Virus record (IMG/VR): IMGVR_UViG_3300028361_000023
Location: 9,817 to 73,816 of that record
Strand: one strand, 5' to 3'
Source: a virus
DNA: 64,000 nucleotides
How positions within the stretch are numbered: the stretch's first letter is position 1; each line of letters opens with the position of its first letter. The translations under genes and the position numbers were made by a program. Below are positions 11,044 through 19,594 of the stretch, one piece after another. The notes under the pieces were generated by a model. The model was not told where the DNA came from. It was given only the letters and a program-made list of their open reading frames with translations, and searched no databases.

Positions 11044-11289
11044 TTACTTTTCTTCTATTTGATATGTTATATTTATTTTTAATTTTACTTTTTTCATATA
11101 TTCTTTTACATCATTACTAACATTCATTAATAAAGATTTTCCTAATATATAAGCATCAGCAAGTTCTTTAGATTGTTTTAAATTTAAACCAGTACAGATT
11201 CTTACAAGTTTAACTGCTTGTAGTTTTTCACCAGTATCTCTATAATGGTTATATAATTGTATAAATTGTTTTTGTGTCATATTTTTCAT
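11044..11289 (-). CDS. Ribosomal protein L7/L12 C-terminal-domain-like protein
   Basis: GEKLQAVKLVRICTGLNLKQSKELAD matches the bL12 CTD pattern KIxxIKxVRxxTGLGLKEAKxxV. Confidence 0.7.
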   Translation of the reverse strand: MKNMTQKQFIQLYNHYRDTGEKLQAVKLVRICTGLNLKQSKELADAYILGKSLLMNVSNDVKEYMKKVKLKINITYQIEEK

Positions 11290-11567
11290 TCTAAACTTGT
11301 ACCATCAATAGGACTAGTACTTTGTCCTTCCATATAATCATCTTTTCTATATGGGTAATTGTTTTCATAATGAAAGTCGCAATAATTACCTGTAAAAATA
11401 CCATGAAAATCACTATAAGGTTCCCCTTCTTTTTCACAATCTTTATGTCTACAAGTAGGTACACTCCTATAATTATAATCTGTATTGAATGTAAAGTCTT
11501 TTACTTCTTCTTCAAATTGACTTCTCATTACTTCATTACATTCGTCATCTTCTACTATATATATCAT
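11286..11567 (-). CDS. Hypothetical protein, possible Zn-binding (CxxxxC...CxxH)
   Basis: 93 aa ORF with ATGA overlaps to both neighbours. Confidence 0.65.
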   Translation of the reverse strand: MIYIVEDDECNEVMRSQFEEEVKDFTFNTDYNYRSVPTCRHKDCEKEGEPYSDFHGIFTGNYCDFHYENNYPYRKDDYMEGQSTSPIDGTSLE

Positions 11568-11719
11568 ATTACTTCTTGTATTTTAATTGACATAAAGAAA
11601 GGAGAACCTTTTAGTTTAACTCTTATTTTTTCTCCTTTTTCATACTTTTCTACTACTTCTGCATTTCTAATATCTCCTTTAACATTTATTCTTATTGTTT
11701 CTCTTTTTGTATATATCAT
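11564..11719 (-). CDS. Small hypothetical protein (51 aa, not in ORF track)
   Basis: Read manually as MIYTKRETIRINVKGDIRNAEVVEKYEKGEKIRVKLKGSPFFMSIKIQEVI*. It fills the gap exactly, with ATGA overlaps on both sides. Confidence 0.7.
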   Translation of the reverse strand: MIYTKRETIRINVKGDIRNAEVVEKYEKGEKIRVKLKGSPFFMSIKIQEVI

Positions 11720-12510
11720 ATTATTTTTTCTTTTCTTAATATTATTTTTTCTTTTCTTAATATTATTTTAACTGCTTCTATTAATTCTTCAATAGTACCA
11801 TTATTATGTATAGTATAATCAAATTGAGCATCATCAAGAGCAGTTTCAGAGTGGTGTTCATATAAATTATCACCTCCTTCTAATGTAACTCTAGGTCTAT
11901 TAATTCTAACACTAATACCACCTTTACTTTTAACAGCTTCAAGTTCATTTGGAAATCTCATATCTGTAATAATCCAATTAGATTCTACATAATTAATACC
12001 AGAGATAATTCCTCTATTTTCAGATATATACTTACTCATCAAAGCATTTACCCAAATATTAGGATGAATTATATCTCTACCACAATCAGTACCTAAAAGT
12101 TGAAGAAGTTTTCTTGGTGTGAGTTTAATAATATAAGTATCAACTTCTGCTTCATCTAAAGGACTAAATACAGTACTATTTACAGTTTGTATAAATAACT
12201 TTCTATCTGAAATAGGAAGCATAATATTATCAAATTTATAATACCACCACTCTTCACCTAATTCTTTCTCTTTAAACTCTCTATCTTCTAATTCTTCTCT
12301 AGTACAATTAAGTAATAAACAAACTATATCTTTAAGTTTATCGGCAAATCTTTTAATTTTCCAATATGATTTTTTAATATTAGGAGTTTTTTGAAATTTT
12401 TCAAAACTTTCCTTATAGTTATGATTATATTGACTATCTACATATTGAATAATAGCAGCAAGAGTATCCTTACCACTATTAATTTTTCCGCTAATCGCTA
12501 AAATACTCAT
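11716..12510 (-). CDS. Deoxynucleoside monophosphate kinase
   Basis: SGKINSGKD P-loop, FADKLK, TPRKLLQLLGTD, ITDMRFPNE and HHSETALD (T4 gp1/T5 dnk family). Confidence 0.92.
   Translation of the reverse strand: MSILAISGKINSGKDTLAAIIQYVDSQYNHNYKESFEKFQKTPNIKKSYWKIKRFADKLKDIVCLLLNCTREELEDREFKEKELGEEWWYYKFDNIMLPISDRKLFIQTVNSTVFSPLDEAEVDTYIIKLTPRKLLQLLGTDCGRDIIHPNIWVNALMSKYISENRGIISGINYVESNWIITDMRFPNELEAVKSKGGISVRINRPRVTLEGGDNLYEHHSETALDDAQFDYTIHNNGTIEELIEAVKIILRKEKIILRKEKII
11718..11769. repeat. 21-bp tandem duplication (IILRKEK x2)
   Basis: ATATTATTTTTTCTTTTCTTA twice plus a partial third copy. Confidence 0.9.
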
Positions 12511-12515
12511 ACTTT

Positions 12516-13220
12516 TTAATCTATTATAAGTTCATCGTTAATCCAACCTCTAGCTTTACTAATAATTGGACATTGTTCTATAAGTATAGCTTTCATTTCC
12601 TTAGCTATAAGTTGTATTTCTTTTTGAGCATGACCATCATCACGAATATCAATAAGATGTATCCAACTTCTAATAGTACCAGTCATGTATATAGTTGTAG
12701 ATGTTGCCATAGGAAGAACCATTCTAGCACACTCTTTAGCAACTCCGGCATTTATAAGTTTGTTATATAAATCTTTAGTTTGCTCTATGTGTCCTTCTAT
12801 AAGATCAGTTGCTGCTATACTTCCAGGAGCGTAACCTCCTAAATAACTTTCTGTTTTTATTGTAGGATTAAACACATTAGTACTACTTTGTCTATTAGTA
12901 ACAGCTCGTTTTCTAATTTCAATAGGTTCTATATCAGTAACTCTAGCGTATCTTTGACTAAATTCTTGAAAAGTAAAACTTCTATGTCTAAGTAATTGTA
13001 TTCCAATAGCTTTACTTGTAGCTATTTCCATAGTAATACTAGCATGCTCAAAAACAGACCAATGATTATTTTTTATACAATGATTTAATAAAGGTATAGG
13101 ATCGTCTAGTTTATCTTTTCTTGAAGAAGAAACTCTAGCTATTGAAACACTTATTTCTTCTAATGATTTACCTGCTAACTCTCCTTGTCCTTGTGTTGTT
13201 GCAATTAATTTTACATTCAT
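12516..13220 (-). CDS. thyX: Flavin-dependent thymidylate synthase
   Basis: HWSVFEH, RHRSFTFQEFSQRY, AKECARMVLP and HAQKEI motifs. Confidence 0.96.
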   Translation of the reverse strand: MNVKLIATTQGQGELAGKSLEEISVSIARVSSSRKDKLDDPIPLLNHCIKNNHWSVFEHASITMEIATSKAIGIQLLRHRSFTFQEFSQRYARVTDIEPIEIRKRAVTNRQSSTNVFNPTIKTESYLGGYAPGSIAATDLIEGHIEQTKDLYNKLINAGVAKECARMVLPMATSTTIYMTGTIRSWIHLIDIRDDGHAQKEIQLIAKEMKAILIEQCPIISKARGWINDELIID

Positions 13221-13247
13221 TTTTTAATTTTACATTCATTTTTTAAT
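13205..13247. repeat. 19-bp tandem duplication spanning the thyX start
   Basis: TTAATTTTACATTCATTTT twice, followed by TTAAT. Confidence 0.9.
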
Positions 13248-13605
13248 ATTTCATTTGTTTTAATTTATATTTTTTTATTAATTTATTACCTTCTACTCTA
13301 CTTATAAAAATATACCCAAAATAAGAAGGTTCATTATGTAAAGTACTTACACATAACTCAAATTTTTCATTAAAATTTGGATGTTGTACGTCTTTATCTA
13401 TAAAAGTATTATGACTTGTAGGAGATAAAAATTTATCTAATATTTCATATATCGTAAATTCTTTGTCTATTTTTCTAGACCAAGAAACATTACAATCTAG
13501 TTTATGTACAACTACACTATCCGCAACTGCTATAGCATCTTCGTAAAATTCTATTAATTTAGCTGTTGTATCGAATTGTTTTAATTCGTAAAATCCATTA
13601 TTCAT
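13243..13605 (-). CDS. Hypothetical protein
   Basis: 120 aa ORF in the operon. Confidence 0.7.
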   Translation of the reverse strand: MNNGFYELKQFDTTAKLIEFYEDAIAVADSVVVHKLDCNVSWSRKIDKEFTIYEILDKFLSPTSHNTFIDKDVQHPNFNEKFELCVSTLHNEPSYFGYIFISRVEGNKLIKKYKLKQMKY

Positions 13606-14261
13606 ATTTGTTCTGTTCTATTATTTAATACTTTTCTTATGTTTTCTTGGTATAATAAAGAAGGATTATGATTTAAAGTTTCGCCCCATATTAATTTTTC
13701 TTTTAAATCTCTAGTAATACTATTACAATGTATAATTCTTTTAACTAATAAATCATAATCAAAAGTCATTTCACCTATTCTATATTCTAAAGTTTTACAA
13801 TGTCCATGTACTCTTACCCAACAACGTCTACGAGAAACGTCTCTTCTATTATATTTACCTTTATAATCCCAAGTATCTAATTCTTTTAAAATTTCTTCTT
13901 TATATTTTGTAATTACTTCATCAGTTATTAAGTCATAATTATCTGTAAAATCTACATGATAATGTACACCACTTAAAGGATTTAGTTCACTATTTAGTTT
14001 AAGTTGTATGGATATATCATAAAGACAAATTAAACCTTTTAAACCACTAGGAATTTGAAATCTTTGTTCGTAACTGTCAATTTTACATTCAATTAAATTA
14101 GGTATATTTTTAAAGCTATCTAAATTAAAATCAGATGCTTGACTACATTCAACTTCAAAACCTGTTTTATAAGGTAAATAATAATTTGCTAATTCTTGCA
14201 AACTACTATTTACCTTTAAAACTTTAGGTGTTGTTAATAGTATACTATCAATACTCTCCAC
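13602..14261 (-). CDS. Putative amidoligase (COOH-NH2 ligase family)
   Basis: GFEVE, SGVHYHVD and KTLEYR correspond to the GxExE / GxHxH / TxExR signature. Confidence 0.65.
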   Translation of the reverse strand: MESIDSILLTTPKVLKVNSSLQELANYYLPYKTGFEVECSQASDFNLDSFKNIPNLIECKIDSYEQRFQIPSGLKGLICLYDISIQLKLNSELNPLSGVHYHVDFTDNYDLITDEVITKYKEEILKELDTWDYKGKYNRRDVSRRRCWVRVHGHCKTLEYRIGEMTFDYDLLVKRIIHCNSITRDLKEKLIWGETLNHNPSLLYQENIRKVLNNRTEQI

Positions 14262-14709
14262 TTGATCTTTTAGAACTTGGAGCAGATTTAGCTTTAGGTA
14301 TTCTAGCTAATACAGCTCTAGCTTCAGCTATTTCCTCATCTGTGGGTGTACCTTTACTTGCTTTAGGTTTTGGTTTGCTAGAAGTAGGAGTTTTAGTATT
14401 ACTTTTCTTAGCTGCTTTTGTTTCAGCTTTTTTTGCTGTTTTGTCTTTTTCCATAGAACTAATAATTCTACTTTTTTTAGTAGGTGTATTAGCTTTATTA
14501 AAAGATTCAACAGATTTTAAAATGTTATCTCTTTCTTCTTTATCAGCAATACTTCTAGAATATTTCCTACCATCAATAGACATTACAATAGTTCTACCAA
14601 ATTGTTTAGCAGCTATTTGTTCTTTAGTTGATGTCTTCTGTGATTTTGATACTACTTTTGGTGTTGTTTTTTTCGTAGATTTCTTTTTGTTTGTTGTTGT
14701 CTTTACCAT
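14248..14709 (-). CDS. Lys/Thr-rich basic protein
   Basis: 153 aa with very basic low-complexity ends; overlaps the rIIA 3' end by 86 bp. Confidence 0.7.
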   Translation of the reverse strand: MVKTTTNKKKSTKKTTPKVVSKSQKTSTKEQIAAKQFGRTIVMSIDGRKYSRSIADKEERDNILKSVESFNKANTPTKKSRIISSMEKDKTAKKAETKAAKKSNTKTPTSSKPKPKASKGTPTDEEIAEARAVLARIPKAKSAPSSKRSSGEY

Positions 14710-16963
14710 AATAATTTTCGTTAAATTTTAATACTTTTTTGTTACTGATTATTTCTCTTATATACTTATCTGGACTACCTAATTTTATATAATTTAATAT
14801 GTCCAATTTCTCGTGTAATTCTATTAATTTATTTATTTTATCTTCATATTGTAATTGATTAATTGTTAAATTTTTTTTCTTTTGTAAAGATATGTTATCT
14901 ATAGTATCTTTAAAATATAGATAATAATCTCCTTCGTGATCTCTAAAACTTTGTTTATTTACTGTTAAGTACTTACCTGTATTAAATTGTGTATTTATTT
15001 TATAGTTTTGAGTTATAAAATTATAAAATTTACTGTAATAAGTACTATAGTTAAATACATAACTTCCCCATAATTTTTGTCTAATTAAATAAGAAACTCT
15101 TAATCTATTAAAATGATTTTTAAATATACTTATTTTAAACACATCTGAAATATGTTTAAATCCTTCTTTTTTTCTTATCTTTTTAACAGTTGTTGGATTA
15201 ACAAATATAAGTTTTATTTTTGGTTTTACTTGTATTTTTTGTTTTACTAATTGACCTTTAAATCTACCTTTTACATTTTTATATGTAGTAGTTTTTTTAA
15301 CATAATAATCAGGAAGATTCTCAAATAAATAATTATAATTAATACAATCTAAAGGATTACTTCTTCTATCAGCATAAAATACAAATTTATATTGATCTGC
15401 TAAATACCCATAAGAAATAGTGTGTCTTTCACCATCTAAATTATAATATGTTATTAGTTCTTTTCTAGCTTGTGTTAATTCTTTTTGTTCTTGTCTGATT
15501 TGTTCTTTCCATTTTTCTGGAGCTATTCCATCATAAAGAGGGATTTTTTTTATAACATAACTTTCTATAAATTTTATTAAGTTATATACTACATGAGCAG
15601 TATTTTCTTTATAGGCAGTCTTAAAAATATTTGTAGAACTTGTAGGTTCATGATTATATATAACTCTATTTAGTTTATTAGCGATAAACTTGAAATATTT
15701 TTGTCGTATTTTTCTTTTACTAATGATAAAACCATTATCAATATATTTACTATCATAACCATTAATACTGTCTTGTAAATAAAACAAATTTTCATTTTGA
15801 TGAATTATAGTATTTTTTTCAAAAAAATTTTCTGTTAATTTACCAAAACTTAATTTTTGAATTTTAAACATAGATAAAAAATTAGAAATATCTTCTTTTT
15901 TTAAATCTAAATCTGGATAATGAGAAAAAGAAACTTTAGTTTTAATATTAGACATATTTATTTCGATGCCTTTTATTTTTAATTTAGGTTTTTTATCTAA
16001 ACCTCCTACAACTCTAAGATAACTAAAAAAATCATCCATTTTAAGTTGTTCTTCGTATTTATTAATTAATAAACATTTTACTTTTTCGATTTTTTCAAGT
16101 ACTAAAGCAATAACAGGTTCAGTATAATTAATTTCTTCTCTACTTAAAGTTACTTCTAATTCACTAATATCAAATTTAATAGCTACAGGTATATCAACTC
16201 TAGGTATACCTAAAGTATTCCAATTAATAGGATAAGCAACTTGACCTAAAGCAATATGCATTTCGTCACCAAAAGGACGATCTTGGTTTCTTAATTTATA
16301 AAACTCATTTTCATATATTTTAAAATGATTATCATAACCATATATATTATGTTTTACATAAACATTATTAAAATAAGCTAATTGCTTAACACAAGCTTGG
16401 TAAAATTTCCACACATCGTCATAGTTTTTTATAATTACTTTAACTATAGTTCCGCTATTTTTATCAGTAACGCTGTTTTCTAATAATGTTGCTATAGGTA
16501 AATTAGTTTCTGTATCCCAACCTACAATATAAGAATTTAATATTCCATTATTAATAGTCGTAATTTCATATGAATCTTGATAAGCTAAAGGCGTTTTTGA
16601 ACCTAATCCCCAACCGCCTATATTTTCATCACTGTCTCTTTTATCAGAATTAAACCATTTCATATAAGTGTTCTTAAACTTATTGGCCGACATACCTAAG
16701 CCTTCGTCTTTAACTTCTATATAATAATCGTCTCCTTCTTTATCTACTATAACTAAAACAGGCTTCTCAGAACCAGCTTCAGTATTTGCATCTACTCCAT
16801 TAGAAGCTAATTCTCGAACCATAGAAGAAATAGAATCAGAATATAGATTACGAGATACAGCTCCAAGAGCTATACCTAAATCTTGTTTCCTAATACTAGA
16901 AGCTATTTCTCCTCCAAATTCTCCTACTTTTTTTGTCTCTAAATTGTTTTGTTTTAATTTCAT
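14624..16963 (-). CDS. rIIA: rIIA-like protein with N-terminal GHKL ATPase
   Basis: VRELASNGVDA, DEGLGMS, GGWGLGSKTP, SGTIV, GQVAYPI and SREEI motifs; 779 aa. Confidence 0.8.
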   Translation of the reverse strand: MKLKQNNLETKKVGEFGGEIASSIRKQDLGIALGAVSRNLYSDSISSMVRELASNGVDANTEAGSEKPVLVIVDKEGDDYYIEVKDEGLGMSANKFKNTYMKWFNSDKRDSDENIGGWGLGSKTPLAYQDSYEITTINNGILNSYIVGWDTETNLPIATLLENSVTDKNSGTIVKVIIKNYDDVWKFYQACVKQLAYFNNVYVKHNIYGYDNHFKIYENEFYKLRNQDRPFGDEMHIALGQVAYPINWNTLGIPRVDIPVAIKFDISELEVTLSREEINYTEPVIALVLEKIEKVKCLLINKYEEQLKMDDFFSYLRVVGGLDKKPKLKIKGIEINMSNIKTKVSFSHYPDLDLKKEDISNFLSMFKIQKLSFGKLTENFFEKNTIIHQNENLFYLQDSINGYDSKYIDNGFIISKRKIRQKYFKFIANKLNRVIYNHEPTSSTNIFKTAYKENTAHVVYNLIKFIESYVIKKIPLYDGIAPEKWKEQIRQEQKELTQARKELITYYNLDGERHTISYGYLADQYKFVFYADRRSNPLDCINYNYLFENLPDYYVKKTTTYKNVKGRFKGQLVKQKIQVKPKIKLIFVNPTTVKKIRKKEGFKHISDVFKISIFKNHFNRLRVSYLIRQKLWGSYVFNYSTYYSKFYNFITQNYKINTQFNTGKYLTVNKQSFRDHEGDYYLYFKDTIDNISLQKKKNLTINQLQYEDKINKLIELHEKLDILNYIKLGSPDKYIREIISNKKVLKFNENYYGKDNNKQKEIYEKNNTKSSIKITEDIN

Positions 16964-16975
16964 AATTGTTTTGTT

Positions 16976-17830
16976 TTAAAATATGTACCTAATAATACAC
17001 CATTTAATATGTTTATTATGTATTTGTTTAAATTGTTGAATATAATTAAATTTAAGATAACTTTTATATCTTAAATTTCTTCCTCCATATTGTGATTGTT
17101 TATATTCTTGTAACGAAGGTTGCCATAATATTTTTTCTGATTTATTATTAGAATCAACATTAGCTATATGTTTTTTATCGTTATGAGTCAGAAAAATAAC
17201 TTCACATTTTACTTTATCTTTGTTTTTTACTAAATTATTAACCAGTATAAAAAGTTCTTCATAATCTTTTAACCATGTTTTATAAACAATAACAGGACTA
17301 AAATTTATATGAACATCATAACCAGCTTTAATAAAAATATCAATAGCTTTTATTCTTTCTATAATTAAAGAAGTATTAGGTTCTACTAATTTTCTAAGAA
17401 CTTCTGGCATTAAACTAAACCTAATTCTAATCTTATTATTAGGATTATAGTTAAGAAATTCTTTTGGAACATATTTAGTAGCAAAAGTGGCTTTTGCTTT
17501 TGGATGATTTTTAAAAAAATTAAATATACTTTTCCAATCATAATATTTATTATGTAGTGCAAAATCTTCATTACAACTTATATCATAAGTTACAAAATCA
17601 GAATCAGTTTGGTTAGGTTTTTCTACTTCACAAAAAGCTACGTGAGTATTAATTGTACTTAATATTTGTGTAATATTAGTAGCAACAGTTAATCCTTCAG
17701 GCTTATGTCTTTTCATATAACAATAATGACAATTATATAAACAACCAAAACCAAAAGAAGGACTAATATAATCACTACTCCTACCACTAAATCTAATTTT
17801 CATAGATTTTCTATTTACTTTTTCTATCAT
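16976..17830 (-). CDS. Spore photoproduct lyase-family radical SAM protein
   Basis: GCLYNCHYCY (CxxxCxxC), DISCNED, FATK, RIRFSL, EPNTS..ERI.A and GYDVHINFSPVI. Confidence 0.87.
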   Translation of the reverse strand: MIEKVNRKSMKIRFSGRSSDYISPSFGFGCLYNCHYCYMKRHKPEGLTVATNITQILSTINTHVAFCEVEKPNQTDSDFVTYDISCNEDFALHNKYYDWKSIFNFFKNHPKAKATFATKYVPKEFLNYNPNNKIRIRFSLMPEVLRKLVEPNTSLIIERIKAIDIFIKAGYDVHINFSPVIVYKTWLKDYEELFILVNNLVKNKDKVKCEVIFLTHNDKKHIANVDSNNKSEKILWQPSLQEYKQSQYGGRNLRYKSYLKFNYIQQFKQIHNKHIKWCIIRYIF

Positions 17831-17833
17831 TTT

Positions 17834-18247
17834 TTAAATTAACTTATAAACAGCTACAATATTACTAAAATTAAAATTAACTAACTCTTTATTATATACA
17901 TAATAATGACGATTATTGTCAGAAATCTCTAAATAATTTCCAGAAACATTAAAATGAGTTTTAACATAAAAAACATGTAAATTATTATTTTGTTTTTTAA
18001 TAATCATATAACGACCTCTTTCTTTAACGATATGTACTCCTGCAACTTCTGTAATAAACTCTCTTACATCTTCATCTGGACCTGTATATAACAAAAAAAG
18101 CATAGGAAAATCTCTTCCCATGCTTTTAACTTTATCAGCAACTTGTTCTATAGTTGGATTAATTATATTTACATCTACATTATAAATATTCTTAAAGAAA
18201 AACGCTACACACTTACTTGATTGTAAACCTTGTTTGTCCGATTTCAT
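17834..18247 (-). CDS. Hypothetical protein
   Basis: 137 aa ORF in the operon. Confidence 0.65.
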   Translation of the reverse strand: MKSDKQGLQSSKCVAFFFKNIYNVDVNIINPTIEQVADKVKSMGRDFPMLFLLYTGPDEDVREFITEVAGVHIVKERGRYMIIKKQNNNLHVFYVKTHFNVSGNYLEISDNNRHYYVYNKELVNFNFSNIVAVYKLI

Positions 18248-18815
18248 TGTAAGTAGGTAATGTAACTTCTACAAATTCTTGACCATTTGGAACTATTTCA
18301 AAATTACAATCTTGTTCCTTAATCATATTAACAACATCTGGACCAATAGTAAAAGTTCCACCTTTTAAAGTATCTTTAGCACCACGTGCAGCAATTGCTT
18401 TAGTTTGAAGTTCTTTTTCTACAATTTTAAGTCTAGTTTTAATAGCTAATTCAGCAGCTTTCAATTCTAAATATTCTGGATGGTTACATTCAGACCAATT
18501 AAAATATTTTCTATTAGCACTACTAACTTTACTTAACCCATCTGGAAGTATACCGTGTTCGTCTTGGTATTCTTCTAAAGCAGAATCTACTTTCTTTTTA
18601 AAAGCTTTACCTTTTTCAAGTTTAATTCCTGTTTGACCAACTCCAAAAGCCTTTTCAACTAATTTTTCAGCTTTTTTAACTCCCATAGCAAAAATTACAA
18701 ACTCTTCAGGTTCTAATTCTTCAGCTTTACTATGAAAATTATCTATTAGTTCTGTCATTGGTGTTGCCTGTAATTGCGGCAACAACTTCTTATAATCTGA
18801 TATCTCGTTCTCCAT
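18213..18815 (-). CDS. Hypothetical protein
   Basis: 200 aa ORF in the operon. Confidence 0.75.
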   Translation of the reverse strand: MENEISDYKKLLPQLQATPMTELIDNFHSKAEELEPEEFVIFAMGVKKAEKLVEKAFGVGQTGIKLEKGKAFKKKVDSALEEYQDEHGILPDGLSKVSSANRKYFNWSECNHPEYLELKAAELAIKTRLKIVEKELQTKAIAARGAKDTLKGGTFTIGPDVVNMIKEQDCNFEIVPNGQEFVEVTLPTYNEIGQTRFTIK

Positions 18816-19236
18816 TTACTTCTTGTATTTTTTCCATTGTTAAACTCACATCTATTGTTCTAATTTGCATACAGTGGTATTCATCATTAGATATAAAACC
18901 GTTAAAACTAAAACTAGAAGTTTGTGCATGTTTAGATAACATAACTCTTTTACCAACAAGATCTTGTTCTTCTTTATCACCTACAGCAATCACTAATAAA
19001 CCTTTAGCATAAGCGATACTTGCTTCTTTACTACGATTATCGTCTTTAACATCCATATTAGTAGAAAGTAGTAAACCTGATTTAGTTATTCTTGGTACTC
19101 TTGAAGGTATAATCATAGTATAACCTTTTCTTGGCTTGTAATAATCTTTATACTTTTTCACTAATTCAACATCTGTAAGAGTACTCTCTTCGTATTGTTT
19201 TCTTTGAACTTGTAATTCTGTTTTTTTTTGTTCCAT
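18790..19236 (-). CDS. GroES/Cpn10-like co-chaperonin
   Basis: ITKSGLLL mobile loop, VIAVG and VGKRVML follow the GroES pattern. Confidence 0.65.
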   Translation of the reverse strand: MEQKKTELQVQRKQYEESTLTDVELVKKYKDYYKPRKGYTMIIPSRVPRITKSGLLLSTNMDVKDDNRSKEASIAYAKGLLVIAVGDKEEQDLVGKRVMLSKHAQTSSFSFNGFISNDEYHCMQIRTIDVSLTMEKIQEVNGERDIRL

Positions 19237-19255
19237 TTTATTATTTATTTATTTA

Positions 19256-19594
19256 TTATTTTGGTTTACCACTTGAGTAATATAATTCAGTAGCTTTATT
19301 TGGTTCTCCTATTACAGGATTATAAGCAGGAGGTTTTTGAACATCAATAAATCTTGGTAAAGTACCAGTAGTACCAGTACCGACTTTTTCATGATAATAT
19401 TTAGCAGATATACTTTTTAATACACCACTACTAAACAACTCCATTAAAAGATAAACTCCAGAATCAAAATCATCCGGTTTTACACCATTAGGAAAATATC
19501 CATGATTTATATAAAGTTTATTATTTCTAACATTTCTAACTAAACTACCTTTAGCTGCTGCTTTTTTATTAGCTTCTATTTGTTTAATTCCCAT
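19256..19594 (-). CDS. Hypothetical protein
   Basis: 112 aa ORF in the operon. Confidence 0.7.
   Translation of the reverse strand: MGIKQIEANKKAAAKGSLVRNVRNNKLYINHGYFPNGVKPDDFDSGVYLLMELFSSGVLKSISAKYYHEKVGTGTTGTLPRFIDVQKPPAYNPVIGEPNKATELYYSSGKPK

Noticed and set aside
11322-11771. 149 aa hydrophobic + strand ORF, and likewise 14228-14731 (+) and 55880-56434 (-)
   Set aside because: They are antisense to well-supported genes; the hydrophobicity comes from complementing A-rich codons.
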